The notes below the pieces were generated by a model. The model was not told the DNA's origin. It did no database searches and saw only the letters and a program-made list of their open reading frames with translations. Made by a program: the position numbers and the translations under genes. Positions 51,089-63,115 of a DNA stretch of 64,000 nt are shown piece after piece (position 1 is the first letter of the stretch; every line of letters starts with the position of its first letter). The stretch comes from Callorhinchus milii (Eukaryota): positions 70,868,001 to 70,932,000 of the forward strand of contig NW_024704742.1 of the NCBI RefSeq assembly GCF_018977255.1. Direction: 5' to 3'.

Positions 51089-52031
51089 CAGTAAACTCTG
51101 GATAACTCATCACTCCAAGGGAAAAGAGCTCAGCAACTAGTTATCTTGAGTGATGAGTTAGGCATAGGTCCTGCTGGGCTACAAGGGGGAACTGCGACTG
51201 GTGCGGGCCCTCGTGGGAGGTTGGATACGCATGCTCAGTTGCATCACAAAAGTCTCTATTGGAGAGCCTCCCACCCTATCGCATAGGACTCTGGTCTATT
51301 GGAGGTCCACAGGCCATGGTGTGGACCTCCAATATTCCATCATAATAATAATAATCATAATAATCCTTGCGTCTGATATAGCGCTTTATCACATCTTCGA
51401 GACGTCTCAAAGCGCTTCACACAATATACTGTAAAGTGAATTGGCTATATTTTGTGGGTGAATTGTGGCAGCCAATTGCACACAGCAGTGTCCCACAAAC
51501 ATTCGTGGATTTAAGTGACCAATTTATTATAATTAGAAATTTTTAAAGGAATTATTACCCCCAGAAAAGCGATCCGCCAATCGACTAACTACCGGATTCC
51601 TACTTACTGCTAGGTAAATAGAGGCGCATGGAGTAAGGAAACTTGCCCAACATTTTGCCCTACGGGAATCAAACCCAGGTCTCTTGCTTGCGAGGCGAGT
51701 GCTCTAACCACTGAGCTACAGGACTTCACCAGAAGCCTCTGTGATACATCTGAGCATGTGCGTCCAACCACCATTAAGTGTCCGCAACAGTCACTAGGGC
51801 TGGAGGCTTCTGTGCTGCGAGACACAATAATAGGCTTAATATTAAGTTATCCGATCAATTTGACATTGTAAGTACTTGCAAGAATTTCTAGAATACGACT
51901 AACTACCTATTAAGTGGAATGACGAGTGGAGCGATGTCCATTATTAACATTTTGCAGCCGAGATATTTACAGCACGGCTCCTTAAGTGGTAATGACTAGT
52001 TAAGCCAGGGTCAAGTATCCAGAATTTACTG
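51089..52031. mobile_element. Tc1/mariner-pogo-type non-autonomous DNA transposon with a nested SINE
   Basis: TA|CAGTAAACTCTGGATA at the left end and TATCCAGAATTTACTG|TA at the right end (16-bp TIR, one mismatch, TA target site). A minus-strand SINE is inserted at about 51343-51726. Confidence 0.75.
51343..51726 (-). mobile_element. SINE family A, long subfamily, nested in a MITE
   Basis: Complete head, central block and tail. Confidence 0.88.
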
Positions 52032-54384
52032 TATATTGAGCACAATATATAGCAGGTCTAATACCAGGTGACATTGGTTAGCAATTAAGAAATTGTGAGT
52101 AAATAAAATAAATATTTTTTGCAATTGATACAGTGCCTCAAATGTCAAAATTTCTCATAATGATTCACTGTAACTACCATTAAATGTAGTAACTGGTTTT
52201 ATAGACAAACACAACAACACAGCATCCAGTTTGTGTACAGTAAGGTCTCACAAACAGCCATGCAGTGAGTGACCAATGCTTAAGAATCTCCAAGCTAAAC
52301 TGAGAATTCTATGCATCCTGTCTACACATGAAAATCCCAGAGATAGATTGGAATGGAATGTGCACTCTGTCCCGGGCGGGTGGGGGGGGAAAGCATTCTG
52401 CTTACCTAATTCTGGAAAGTATCAGGCACAGGTTGGCAAGAGCCAAGGTTTGGGGGCCATTAAAGATCCCATGGCGTGATTCGAAATGAGCCGACAATCC
52501 CCCAGATAAAATGACCGTTCACTCCATGGCTGTTTGCGAAGCCTTATTGCATATTGAATGCATACACCGATGAGCATTCTGTCACTACACTTGGCAGCAG
52601 TTCGCCATCAAGGGCTTTCGAGATGTCTCGGCACCAGAGATGCTGTACCAAACACAGGGAGAATAAACTATGCATCACAGCGAATTACATAAAAGAGTAA
52701 ATCAATGCGGGAATAGAGTGAGCGAGAAATCTCAGTTAAACGTCAAGTAAAATTGATAAAAAGTCCTGGAAACTCCTTGACAGATGTACTCTTGGGGCTC
52801 GGATAATATTTGAACACTTTCAGGTCTGTTTCTCACTCTTGAATGTCTGGCTCTCCACATGTAATCCAGATAGAGATAAATCTTGGCAAACAACCTGCAC
52901 AGTAAAGTGGATTTAGTGCCCTTCTTTCCTGCCATAGGCCAGCTAATCCTCCTAAGCATGGTATCCGGGTGATACAGTGAGCAGCTATCAGTCACACAGG
53001 TAGACAAGTCCAAAACAACACAGTGGAGAAATTCCACCCAGATCTACACTGACTCTTTATACAGCATATATGTAGTGTGTCAGCTTGGCTCAATGGTAAC
53101 GCTCGCACCTCTGAGTCAAAAGGTTGTGTACATGCTAATACAGTGGGGTGGGCTGGGGGGGTCACATTCAAAAAGAGATGGGAGTTTCTCTCTCCCGGTG
53201 TCCTGCTGAACAATCCCCCAAAATAAAATTGGTCACTCACTCCATAGGTGTTTGTAGGACACTGCTGTGTGCAATTTCACTGCTGCATTTTACCCACAAA
53301 ATACAGTCACTACATAGTACTTCCTGTGAAGCACTTTGAGACATCTTGACGATATGACATGATAAGGCCCTATATCAAATGCAAGGAGGAGGAATGTTAA
53401 AAGGTGGGAGTAAGAGTGGAAGAATGGATAGATTGGATGCCTCAGGTGGAAAGAAACACTAGTGCAGACTGGATCAGCCTCATGGCTCCAACAATGGGAA
53501 TAAAATTTGTGACATTTTATATCAGATTCAATGGGTGTCAGCCCGGCTCAGTTGGTAGCACTTTTGCCTCAGAGTCAGAGGTCACAAGATTGGTTTGGAT
53601 AAAGAAAGCCCTTTGGCCCATTTGATCTCATCCCTCCAGAACACCACCCTACCTTCTTGTGGGTTGAAGCCCCACATGGGGATTTTGAGCTCACAGTCTA
53701 GGCTGACACTCAAATGCAATAATGGGAAGTTCTCTGTGTTGTGGAGTCCTGTGGAGTGTTGATTAGAGCACTCGCCTCGCGAGCTAGACGACTCGGGTTC
53801 GAAACCCAGGGCGAAACCTTAGGCAAGTTTCCTTACTCAACACAGCTCTGTTAAGTAGGAACCCAGTTGTTAATCGATTGGAGGATCGCTTTCTGGGGAC
53901 AATCATCGCTCTAAAAAAATGTCATCACTCAATCCACCATTGTTTAGGGATACTGCTGCGTACAATTCTGTGAAGCGCTTTGAGGCAAGTCAATGACATG
54001 ATAAGGTGCTATAACAAATGCAAGGATTATTATTATTATCATTATTATTATCTATGGCATCCATACCGTATACCCTGGTAAGCATTTGGGATGTTTCAAG
54101 ATGGTATTAAATGCAAGGAAAATTATTATGTTCTAAACTTACCTCCATTTCAAAATACTTTTTGGTGCAAATGTAAACAACAGGGAATGTTTATTTGTTT
54201 TCTGTTTCCTTCCACTTGACATTTGAAATGCATCATGGTTTTAAGTGTCACTTGTGGGTGCATTAACCTGGAGGGCATGTCCAGAAAAACTGGCTGTAAA
54301 TCCTCCTAAGTTAGAGGATACATTAGCACTGATTTATGACTTGCAGATAGCCATTCCAACCTCTTACTGTTGTATGGTCTCCCC

Positions 54385-54913
54385 AGCTCCACTGTACACA
54401 AAATCCAATTAATCCAAAACTCTGTTGCCATGATACTCTCACCCGCATGAAACTCTGTACCCCATCACACCAGTCCTTGCCAGGCTCCCCTGCCTCCCAA
54501 TCACTGAATGGATCGATTTCAAGATCCTCTCACTCGTTTTCAAATCCTTCATGCCCTTGCACCTCCCTACCTATCTGACCTGCTTATCCCCACTCCACCC
54601 GCCGCTGTCTCCGCTCTGCTGGCTTCAGCCTTTTGTTCATCCCTCATGCCCTCCGTTCCACCATCGGTGGCCGTGTCTTCAGCCACGATACCCCGAAACT
54701 CTGGAACTCTCTTCCTCAATCACTCCACCTTGTCCCCTCTCTCTCCACCTTCAAATACCACATAAAGACCTTCCTTTCTGATCGTGCTTACGGTCAACCT
54801 CACTCCACCCCACTCCTCTCCCCCAGTTCGTTGTCAGACTCCGTCACTGTCAAGCGCTCCGGGATGCTACCCAGCGTGTAGGGAGCTATGTAAATGCAAG
54901 TTGTTGTTGTTGT
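54385..54913 (+). mobile_element. L2 3' fragment
   Basis: LHALAPPYLSDLL and RSTIGGRVFSHDTPKLWNSLP; tail AAATGCAAG(TTG)n. Confidence 0.85.
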
Positions 54914-55254
54914 GTCTTTCTGTACTTTATTGATAGTTTGCCCCATCTTATAAATAATGGAAAATGCATTTAGTGTAATAATCCTTTCGAAAATATAATA
55001 TTTGATCATTCAAACCATGACTGTTTGTGGGACACTGCTGTGCGCAATTGGCTGCCATGTTCCGCCCACAAAATATAGTCAATTCACTTTACAGTATATT
55101 CTGTATAAGTCAGTATAGCACTTTGAGACATCTCCACTGCGTGATAAGGCGTTATATTAAATGCAAGGATTATTATTATTGTACCCAATCCAAATGGACT
55201 GAACTCCTTCCCACACATTATCATTTCATCGTGACCCAACTATATCAAATGTAA

Positions 55255-56120
55255 GGATTATTATTATTATTTGTCATCAAGAGAATATCTCAAAGTGCAG
55301 GAATTACTAGTGTTTTGTAGTAACTGTGCACTTTGTGGGTGAACTCAATAGCTAATTTGCACACAGCAATGTCCCACAATCAGCCAAAAAAGTGAAGGTC
55401 CAATTTTATCTGGGGGATTGTTGACCAGCACACCCAGTGAAACTCTCTTCTCTTTGCCAATAGTGCCGCGGGAAAGTCCACCTGAACGGGTACAGACAGG
55501 GAACTCGGTTGAATGTCACAACCAAAGGAAGGCACTTCCAGCAATGCGTTACTCTCACAGAACAGCACTGGACTGTCAGCCTAAACTAGTCCTGATGTGG
55601 GGCTTGAACCTATAGTCTTCTGACTCAGAGACAAGTGTCATTATACATTGCAGCAATCCTGCCAAAAAGAAAGGTGCTATATGAATTTTTTTTGATGTAT
55701 GTCAGTCTGGTGCAGGGGTAGAATTCTCGCCTCTGAGTCAGAAGGTTTGTGGGTTCAAGCCCCACGTTGGGGCTTGGAATCTCTTAGTCTAAATGACACT
55801 CCAGTCCAGTGCTGGGGGGGTTGTTGCATTGTTGGAGGTTCTGTCCTTTAGTCTGCCTGTTTAGGTGAAAGTTAAAGATCCCATGGCACTATTCAAAAAG
55901 AGAAGGGAGTATCTATCTGCCGATATCCTGACCAAGAATCCCCCAAGTAAAATCACTCCCTCCGTGGATGTATGTGGGACGTTGCTGTGCGTAAACTGGC
56001 TGTCGTGTATCGCTCACAGAATACACAGCCACTGCACTTTACAGTAAATCCTGTGAAGTGCATTGCAATGTCTTGATGAGATGATAAAGCGCTATATCAA
56101 ATGCAGGGATTATTATTATT
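55255..56120. mobile_element. Two family B SINEs in opposite orientation (- at about 55255-55640; + at about 55700-56120)
   Basis: Head, core and tail motifs present on each strand. Confidence 0.75.
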
Positions 56121-57288
56121 AAGGGCTCTGTATAAATACAAGCTGTTGATATCAAAAACTAGTGTGGAGTCCGCTCCAAACAGTTTGGCAGGGCATTCTA
56201 TATCCCAATAACCAGCTGTGCAAAGAAAATGTCTCCTAATCTGTCTCTTTGTTGGGTTTTTCTTTGGTGAATCTTTGGTCAATCCACTTTACAATTTTGA
56301 GAAGCACTTTGAGACGTCTCAATGATGTAATAAGGTGCTATATCAAATGCAAGGATTATTATTATTAAAACATTGTCCCTTTAATTGTTTGTAGACAACA
56401 CATAACGTGTAACCTGCACAACAAATACAGGGAGCAAAAGGCACCTGATTGGGAGCTGATATCCTTCAGGAGAGTTGGTTATTTTGTCAGTCGACTGCTA
56501 AACAGCGCCATCAGGTGTCGGCCAGGCTCAGTTGGCAGCTCCATTAGTTTTGGTTCAGAAAGTTTGGGCTTAAAGACCCACGTCAGGAACTGAGTTGACT
56601 TCAAGCTGACATTCCATCGCAGTACTGGTGGAGCGCTATGGTATCATTTGTTACCTCCTGAATCAACCTTTCCCTGATAACTCCTCCCCAGTACCAACAT
56701 CCACAAGCTGCAGCTCATTCAAAACTCCGCCCGCCGCTCACACCCTCATCTGCACCAAACTCCTCATGATCATAACCGCCAGGTCCAATGGCTCCTTGGC
56801 TTCCAACAGGTTGCTGTTTAGGTCCTCACTCACAACTTTCATAGCCCAGCGCCTGCCTGTTTCTGTGATTTTCTATTACTTCACTCCTTTGCTCGTCCCT
56901 CCACTCAGCTAACTCAGTTGTACTTTCATCTCCTCTGCGCCATCATGGAGTTTGGTCACTCAATAATTATTATCATAATAATAATAATCTTTGTATTTGA
57001 TAAAGCGCCTTATCACGTCTTCGAGACGTTTCAAAGCGCTTCACAAAATATACTGCATAGTGAATTGACTCTATATTTTGTGGGTGAAACACAGCAGCCA
57101 ATTGCGCACAGCAGTGTCCCACAAACAGTCGTGGATTGAGTGACCAAATTATTTATTCATTTGAAAAATTACTTCTTTTTTAGCTCTAACCACTATGCTA
57201 CGGGATTCCACGATTATCCAGGTTATAGTAGGAATTATCAGAGATAACGGGAATTATCAGAGATAACGGGAATTATCTGGGATCCCTG

Positions 57289-58100
57289 AAACAACAACAA
57301 CAAGATTCCATTTATAAAGCGCCTTTCACGTCAGGAGGACGTCCCAAGGCGCTGCACAGTTGGGTCATGACCCGAGCAGGGGGGAAATGGTCAGGGTGAG
57401 GGGAGGGAGCGAGGAGGGGAAATGGTCAGGGTGAGGGGGAAGGGGGGGCGAGGAGGGGGAAATGGTCAGGGTGAGGGGAGGGAAGGGAGGGAGCGAGGAG
57501 GGGGGAAATGGTCAGGGTGAGGGGAGGGAAGGGAGGGAGCGAGGAGGGGTAAGAGAGTCGAGAGGGGAGCTGAAGGCTCGGTCAAAGAGAAAGGTTTTGA
57601 GACCGGCCTTGAAGGAGGAAAGGGAGGAGGCGGCGAAGGCACTGGGGGATGGAGTTCAGAGCCTCGGGGCTGAGAGGCTGAAGGCCCGGCCACCGATGGT
57701 AGAGCGGTTGGGGCGGGGGATGTGGAGCAGACCGGAGCCAGAGGAACGGAGTGTACGGGCAGGTAGGTAGGGGATAGTAGGTTGGAGAGGTAGGAGGGAG
57801 CAAGGCCGTGAATGGCCTTGTAGGTGAGGATGAGGATCTTGAATTCGATCCTCTTGGGGATGGGGAGCCAGTGGAGGCGAGCGAGGGTGGGAGTGATGTG
57901 GTCGCGGTGTCTGGTGCGGGACAGTACACGAGCTGCAGAGTTCTGAATGACCTGCAGTGTGGAGGGAGGTGCGGGAAGGCCGGCGAGGAGAGATTTCCCA
58001 TAGTCCAGCCTTGAGGTGATAAAGGCGTGGACCAGAGTTTCAGCCGCGTGAGGGGTGAGGTAGTGCCGTAGTCTGGCCATGTTCCGGAGGTGATGCAAGG
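57289..58100 (-). mobile_element. L2-clade LINE 3' fragment with a ~40-bp tandem expansion in its 3' UTR
   Basis: AETLVHAFITSRLDYG and LHWLPIPKRIEFK on the minus strand; (CAA)n at 57290; about four copies of GGGGAAATGGTCAGGGTGAGGGGAGG.. at 57380-57545. Confidence 0.9.
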
Positions 58101-58439
58101 CGGTGCCAGTTGAAAACCTTCCTTCGAAACCCGAAATGCCCGGGGAAAACTCTGAATTCACTGGCCTTTCCCAAATTCCATGGGATCCACCCCAGGAACT
58201 GTCTGGAATCCCAGAGGAAGCCAGGAATGCTCTGGGACACTGGGTCCCGAGCAGTGAAATGACATTCTTTTCATTGAAAAAAATGAAACGCGGAATAAGT
58301 GACCAGCAGCATGGCGGACCCGCTCTCACGAAGGGTCAAGGACCCCAAAGGTTGCCTCACTGCCCTCTCTCTATAGATGCTGCTGACCTGACCCCCTGCC
58401 CAGTGCTCCCACACACCTCTGGGTCTGTGTGGGGAGGAC

Positions 58440-58702
58440 CATTCTTGTTGTCACATGCATCCCACCCGCTGATTGGACGAGAGCCCCGTCAATCGGCCGC
58501 GGCCGCAGCACAAGCCGTCTGATTGGCTGGCATCAGCCTCCTCCCGCCCTCTCCCGCTCCCTGCGGTGTGACTGCGGTGACGTGTGTCAGGCCGCCCGGA
58601 GGCTCCGCCCCGCCGCGCTGTGATTGGTTGTGAGGCGGGCGGCTGGGGCCTGTCAATCACCTGCGCCAGGACGCGACTTCCGGTCCGCAGGGGAGAGAAG
58701 CG
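58440..58702 (+). promoter_or_regulatory. CpG-island promoter of the downstream gene
   Basis: GC/CpG-rich. ATTGG at 58472, 58522 and 58623; CTGTCAATCA at 58650-58659; ETS-type ACTTCCGG at 58676-58683; immediately 5' of GCGATGG. Confidence 0.75.
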
Positions 58703-58763
58703 ATGGAGGAGAAGAGGGACCCGCAGTACCCGAGTCTGGTCACCCCCAGTGTCTACATGTTCG
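58703..58763 (+). CDS. First coding exon of a nucleophosmin/nucleoplasmin (NPM)-like gene; remainder lies outside the window
   Basis: Good Kozak context GCGATGG. Encodes MEEKRDPQYPSLVTPSVYMF plus one nucleotide, then donor G|GTGAG. Length, the P-x-x-Y-[LM]-F-G end and the phase-1 junction match NPM1 exon 1 (..RPQNYLF-G). TLX-NPM linkage is known (TLX3-NPM1-FGF18). Confidence 0.6.
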
Positions 58764-58789
58764 GTGAGGACCAGCTGGGCCCGGGGGGG

Positions 58790-61700
58790 GGGCAGGGCTG
58801 TGGTGTGTGTTGGGGAGGGATTGTGTCAGGGCTGTGTGTGTGTTGGGGAGGGGGTTGTGTCAGGGCTGTGTGTGTGTGTGTTGGGGAGGGGGTTGTGTCA
58901 GGGCTGTGTGTGTGTGTTGGGAGGGGGTTGTGTCAGGGCTGTGTGTGTGTGTGTTGGGGAAGGGGTTGTGTCAGGGCTGTGTGTGTGTTGGGGAGGGGGT
59001 TGTGTCAGGGCTGTGTGTGTTGGGAGGGGGTTGTGTCAGGGCTGTGTGTGTGTGTGTGTTGGGGAGGGGGTTGTGTCAGGGCTGTGTGTGTGTGTGTTGG
59101 GAGGGGGTTGTGTCAGGGCTGTGTGTGTGTTGGGGAGGGGTTGTGTCAGGGCTGTGTGTGTGTGTGTTGGGGAGGGGGTTGTGTCAGGGCTGTGTGTGTG
59201 TTGGGGAGGGGGTTGTGTCAGGGCTGTGTGTGTGTTGGGAGGGGGTTGTGTCAGGGCTGTGTGTGTGTTGGGGAGGGGTTGTGTCAGGGCTGTGTGTGTG
59301 TGTTGGGGAGGGGGTTGTGTCAGGGCTGTGTGTGTGTGTGTTGGGGAGGGGTTGTGTCAGGGCTGTGTGTGTGTGTGTTGGGGAGGGGGTTGTGTCAGGG
59401 CTGTGTGTGTGTGTGTTGGGGAGGGGGTTGTGTCAGGGCTGTGTGTGTGTGTTGGGGAAGGGGTTGTGTCAGGGCTGTGTGTGTGTGTTGGGGAGGGGTT
59501 GTGTCAGGGCGTTGTGTGTTGGGGAGGGGGTTGTGTCAGGGCTGTGTGTGTGTGTGTGTTGGGAGGGGGTTGTGTCAGGGCTGTGTGTGTGTTGGGGAGG
59601 GGGTTGTGTCAGGGCTGTGTGTGTGTTGGGGAGGGGGTTGTGTCAGGGCTGTGTGTGTGTGTTGGGGAGGGGTTGTGTCAGGGCTGTGTGTGTGTGTGTT
59701 GGGGAGGGGGTTGTGTCAGGGCTGTGTGTGTGTGTGTGTTGGGGAGGGGGTTGTGTCAGGGCTGTGTGTGTGTGTTGGGGAGGGGGTTGTGTCAGGGCTG
59801 TGTGTGTGTGTGTTGGGGAGGGGGTTGTGTCAGGGCTGTGTGTGTGTGTGTGTTGGGAGGGGGTTGTGTCAGGGCTGTGTGTGTGTTGGGGAGGGGTTGT
59901 GTCAGGGCTGTGTGTGTGTGTTGGGAGGGGGTTGTGTCAGGGCTGTGTGTGTGTTGGGGAGGGGGTTGTGTCAGGGCTGTGTGTGTTGGGGAGGGGTTGT
60001 GTCAGGGCTGTGTGTGTGTGTGTGTGTTGGGGAGGGGGTTGTGTCAGGGCTGTGTGTGTGTGTTGGGGAGGGGGTTGTGTCAGGGCTGTGTGTGTGTGTT
60101 GGGGAGGGGGTTGTGTCAGGGCTGTGTGTGTGTGTTGGGGAGGGGGTTGTGTCAGGGCTGTGTGTGTGTTGGGGAGGGGGTTGTGTCAGGGCTGTGTGTG
60201 TGTTGGGGAGGGGGTTGTGTCAGGGCTGTGTGTGTGTGTTGGGGAAGGGGTTGTGTCAGGGCTGTGTGTGTGTTGGGAGGGGGTTGTGTCAGGGCTGTGT
60301 GTGTGTTGGGAGGGGGTTGTGTCAGGGCTGTGTGTGTGTGTTGGGGAGGGGGTTGTGTCAGGGCTGTGTGGTGTGTGTTGGGGAGGGGGTTGTGTCAGGG
60401 CTGTGTGTGTGTGTGTGGGAGGGGGTTGTGTCAGGGCTGTGTGTGTGTGTGTTGGGGAGGGGGTTGTGTCAGGGCTGTGTGTGTGTTGGGGAGGGGGTTG
60501 TGTCAGGGCTGTGTGTGTGTGTTGGGGAGGGGGTTGTGTCAGGGCTGTGTGTGTGTGTTGGGGAGGGGGTTGTGTCAGGGCTGTGTGTGTGTGTGGGAGG
60601 GGTTGTGTCAGGGCTGTGTGTGTGTTGGGGAGGGGGTTGTGTCAGGGCTGTGTGTGTGTGTTGGGGAGGGGGTTGTGTCAGGGCTGTGTGTGTGTTGGGA
60701 GGGGGTTGTGTCAGGGCTGTGTGTGTGTGTGTTGGGGAGGGGGTTGTGTCAGGGCTGTGTGTGTTGGGAGGGGGTTGTGTCAGGGCTGTGTGTGTGTTGG
60801 GGAGGGGGTTGTGTCAGGGCTGTGTGTGTGTGTTGGGGAGGGGGTTGTGTCAGGGCTGTGTGTGTGTGTTGGGAGGGGGTTGTGTCAGGGCTGTGTGTGT
60901 GTGTGTTGGGAGGGGGTTGTGTCAGGGCTGTGTGTGTGTGTTGGGGAGGGGGTTGTGTCAGGGCTGTGTGTGTGTGTTGGGGAGGGGGTTGTGTCAGGGC
61001 TGTGTGTGTGTGTTGGGGAGGGGGTTGTGTCAGGGCTGTGTGTGTGTTGGGGAGGGGGTTGTGTCAGGGCTGTGTGTGTGTGTTGGGGAGGGGGTTGTGT
61101 CAGGGCTGTGTGTGTGTGTTGGGGAGGGGGTTGTGTCAGGGCTGTGTGTGTGTTGGGGAGGGGGTTGTGTCAGGGCTGTGTGTGTGTGTTGGGGAGGGGG
61201 TTGTGTCAGGGCTGTGTGTGTGTGTTGGGGAGGGGGTTGTGTCAGGGCTGTGTGTGTGTGTGTTGGGGAGGGGGTTGTGTCAGGGCTGTGTGTGTGTGTG
61301 TTGGGGAGGGGGTTGTGTCAGGGCTGTGTGTGTGTGTTGGGGAGGGGGTTGTGTCAGGGCTGTGTGTGTGTGTTGGGGAGGGGGTTGTGTCAGGGCTGTG
61401 TGTGTGTTGGGAGGGGGTTGTGTCAGGGCTGTGTGTGTGTTGGGGAGGGGGTTGTGTCAGGGCTGTGTGTGTGTTGGGGAGGGGGTTGTGTCAGGGCTTG
61501 TGTGTGTGTGTGGGAGGGGGTTGTGTCAGGGCTGTGTGTGTTGGGGAGGGGGTTGTGTCAGGGCTGTGTGTGTGTGTGTTGGGGAGGGGGTTGTGTCAGG
61601 GCTGTGTGTGTGTGTTGGGGAGGGGGTTGTGTCAGGGCTGTGTGTGTGTGTGGGGAGGGGGTTGTGTCAGGGCTGTGTGTGTGTTGGGGAGGGGGTTGTG

Positions 61701-63115
61701 TCAGGGCTGTGTGTGTGTGTTGGGAGGGGGTTGTGTCAGGGCTGTGTGTGTGTTGGGGAGGGGGTTGTGTCAGGGCTGTGTGTGTGTTGGGGAGGGGTTG
61801 TGTCAGGGCTGTGTGTGTGTTGGGGAGGGGGTTGTGTCAGGGCTGTGTGTGTGGTGTTGGGGAGGGGGTTGTGTCAGGGCTGTGTGTGTGTGTTGGGGGG
61901 GGTTGTGTCAGGGCTGTGTGTGTGTTGGGGAGGGGGTTGTGTCAGGGCTGTGTGTGTGTGTGTTGGGGAGGGGGTTGTGTCAGGGCTGTGTGTGTGTGTT
62001 GGGGAGGGGGTTGTGTCAGGGCTGTGTGTGTGTTGGGGAGGGGGTTGTGTCAGGGCTGTGTGTGTTGGGGAGGGGTTGTGTCAGGGCTGTGTGTGTGTGT
62101 GTTGGGGGGGGGTTGTGTCAGGGCTGTGTGTGTGTTGGGGAGGGGTTGTGTCAGGGCTGTGTGGTGTGTTGGGGAGGGGGGTTGTGTCAGGGCTGTGTTG
62201 TGTGTGTTGGGGAGGGGGTTGTGTCAGGGCTGTGTGTGTGTGTTGGGGGGGGGGTTGTGTCAGGGCTGTGGTGTGGGGATTGTGTCAGGGCTGTGTGTGT
62301 GTGTTGGGGAGGGGGTTGTGTCAGGGCTGTGTGTGTGTGTTTGGGAGGGGGTTGTGTCAGGGCTGTGTGTGTGTTGGGGAGGGGGTTGTGTCAGGGCTGT
62401 GTGTGTGTGTTGGGGAGGGGGTTGTGTCAGGGCTGTGTGTGTGGTGTTGGGGAGGGGGTTGTGTCAGGGCTGGGGGGGGGGGGGGGTTGTGTCAGGGCTG
62501 TGTGTGTTGGTGGGGGAGGGGTTGTGTCAGGGCTGTGTGTGTGTGTGTTTGGGGGGGGGGTTGTGTCAGGGCTGTGTGTGTGTGTGTGTGTTGGGGAGGG
62601 GGTTGTGTCAGGGCTGTGTGGTGTGTGTTGGGGGAGGGGGTTGTGTCAGGAGGGGGTTGTGTCAGGGCTGTGTGTGTGTGTTGGGGAGGGGGTTGTGTCA
62701 GGGCTGTGTGTGTGTTGGGGAGGGGGTTGTGTCAGGGCTGTGTGTGTGTTGGGGAGGGGGTTGTGTCAGGGCTGTGTGTGTGTGTTGGGGAGGGGGTTGT
62801 GTCAGGGCTGTGTGTGTGTGTTGGGGAGGGGGTTGTGTCAGGGCTGTGTGTGTGTGTGTGTGGGGAGGGGGTTGTGTCAGGGCTGTGTGTGTGTGTGTTG
62901 GGGAGGGGGTTGTGTCAGGGCTGTGTGTGTGTGTGTGTGGGGGAGGGGGTTGTGTCAGGGCTGTGTGTGGTGTTGGGGAGGGGTTGTGTCAGGGCTGTGT
63001 GTGTGTGTGTTGGGAGGGGTTGTGTCAGGGCTGTGTGTGTGTGTTGGGGAGGGGGTTGTGTCAGGGCTGTGTGTGTGTTGGGGAGGGGGTTGTGTCAGGG
63101 CTGTGTGTGTGTCGG
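58790..63115. repeat. 4.3 kb G/T-rich minisatellite, unit GTTGGGGAGGGGGTTGTGTCAGGGCT(GT)n, roughly 30-45 bp
   Basis: Directly visible tandem array with variable GT and G-run lengths. Confidence 0.97.

Noticed and set aside
58790..63115. CRISPR-like regularly spaced repeats
   Set aside because: The spacers are only (GT)n rather than unique sequences, there are no cas genes, and the context is eukaryotic.
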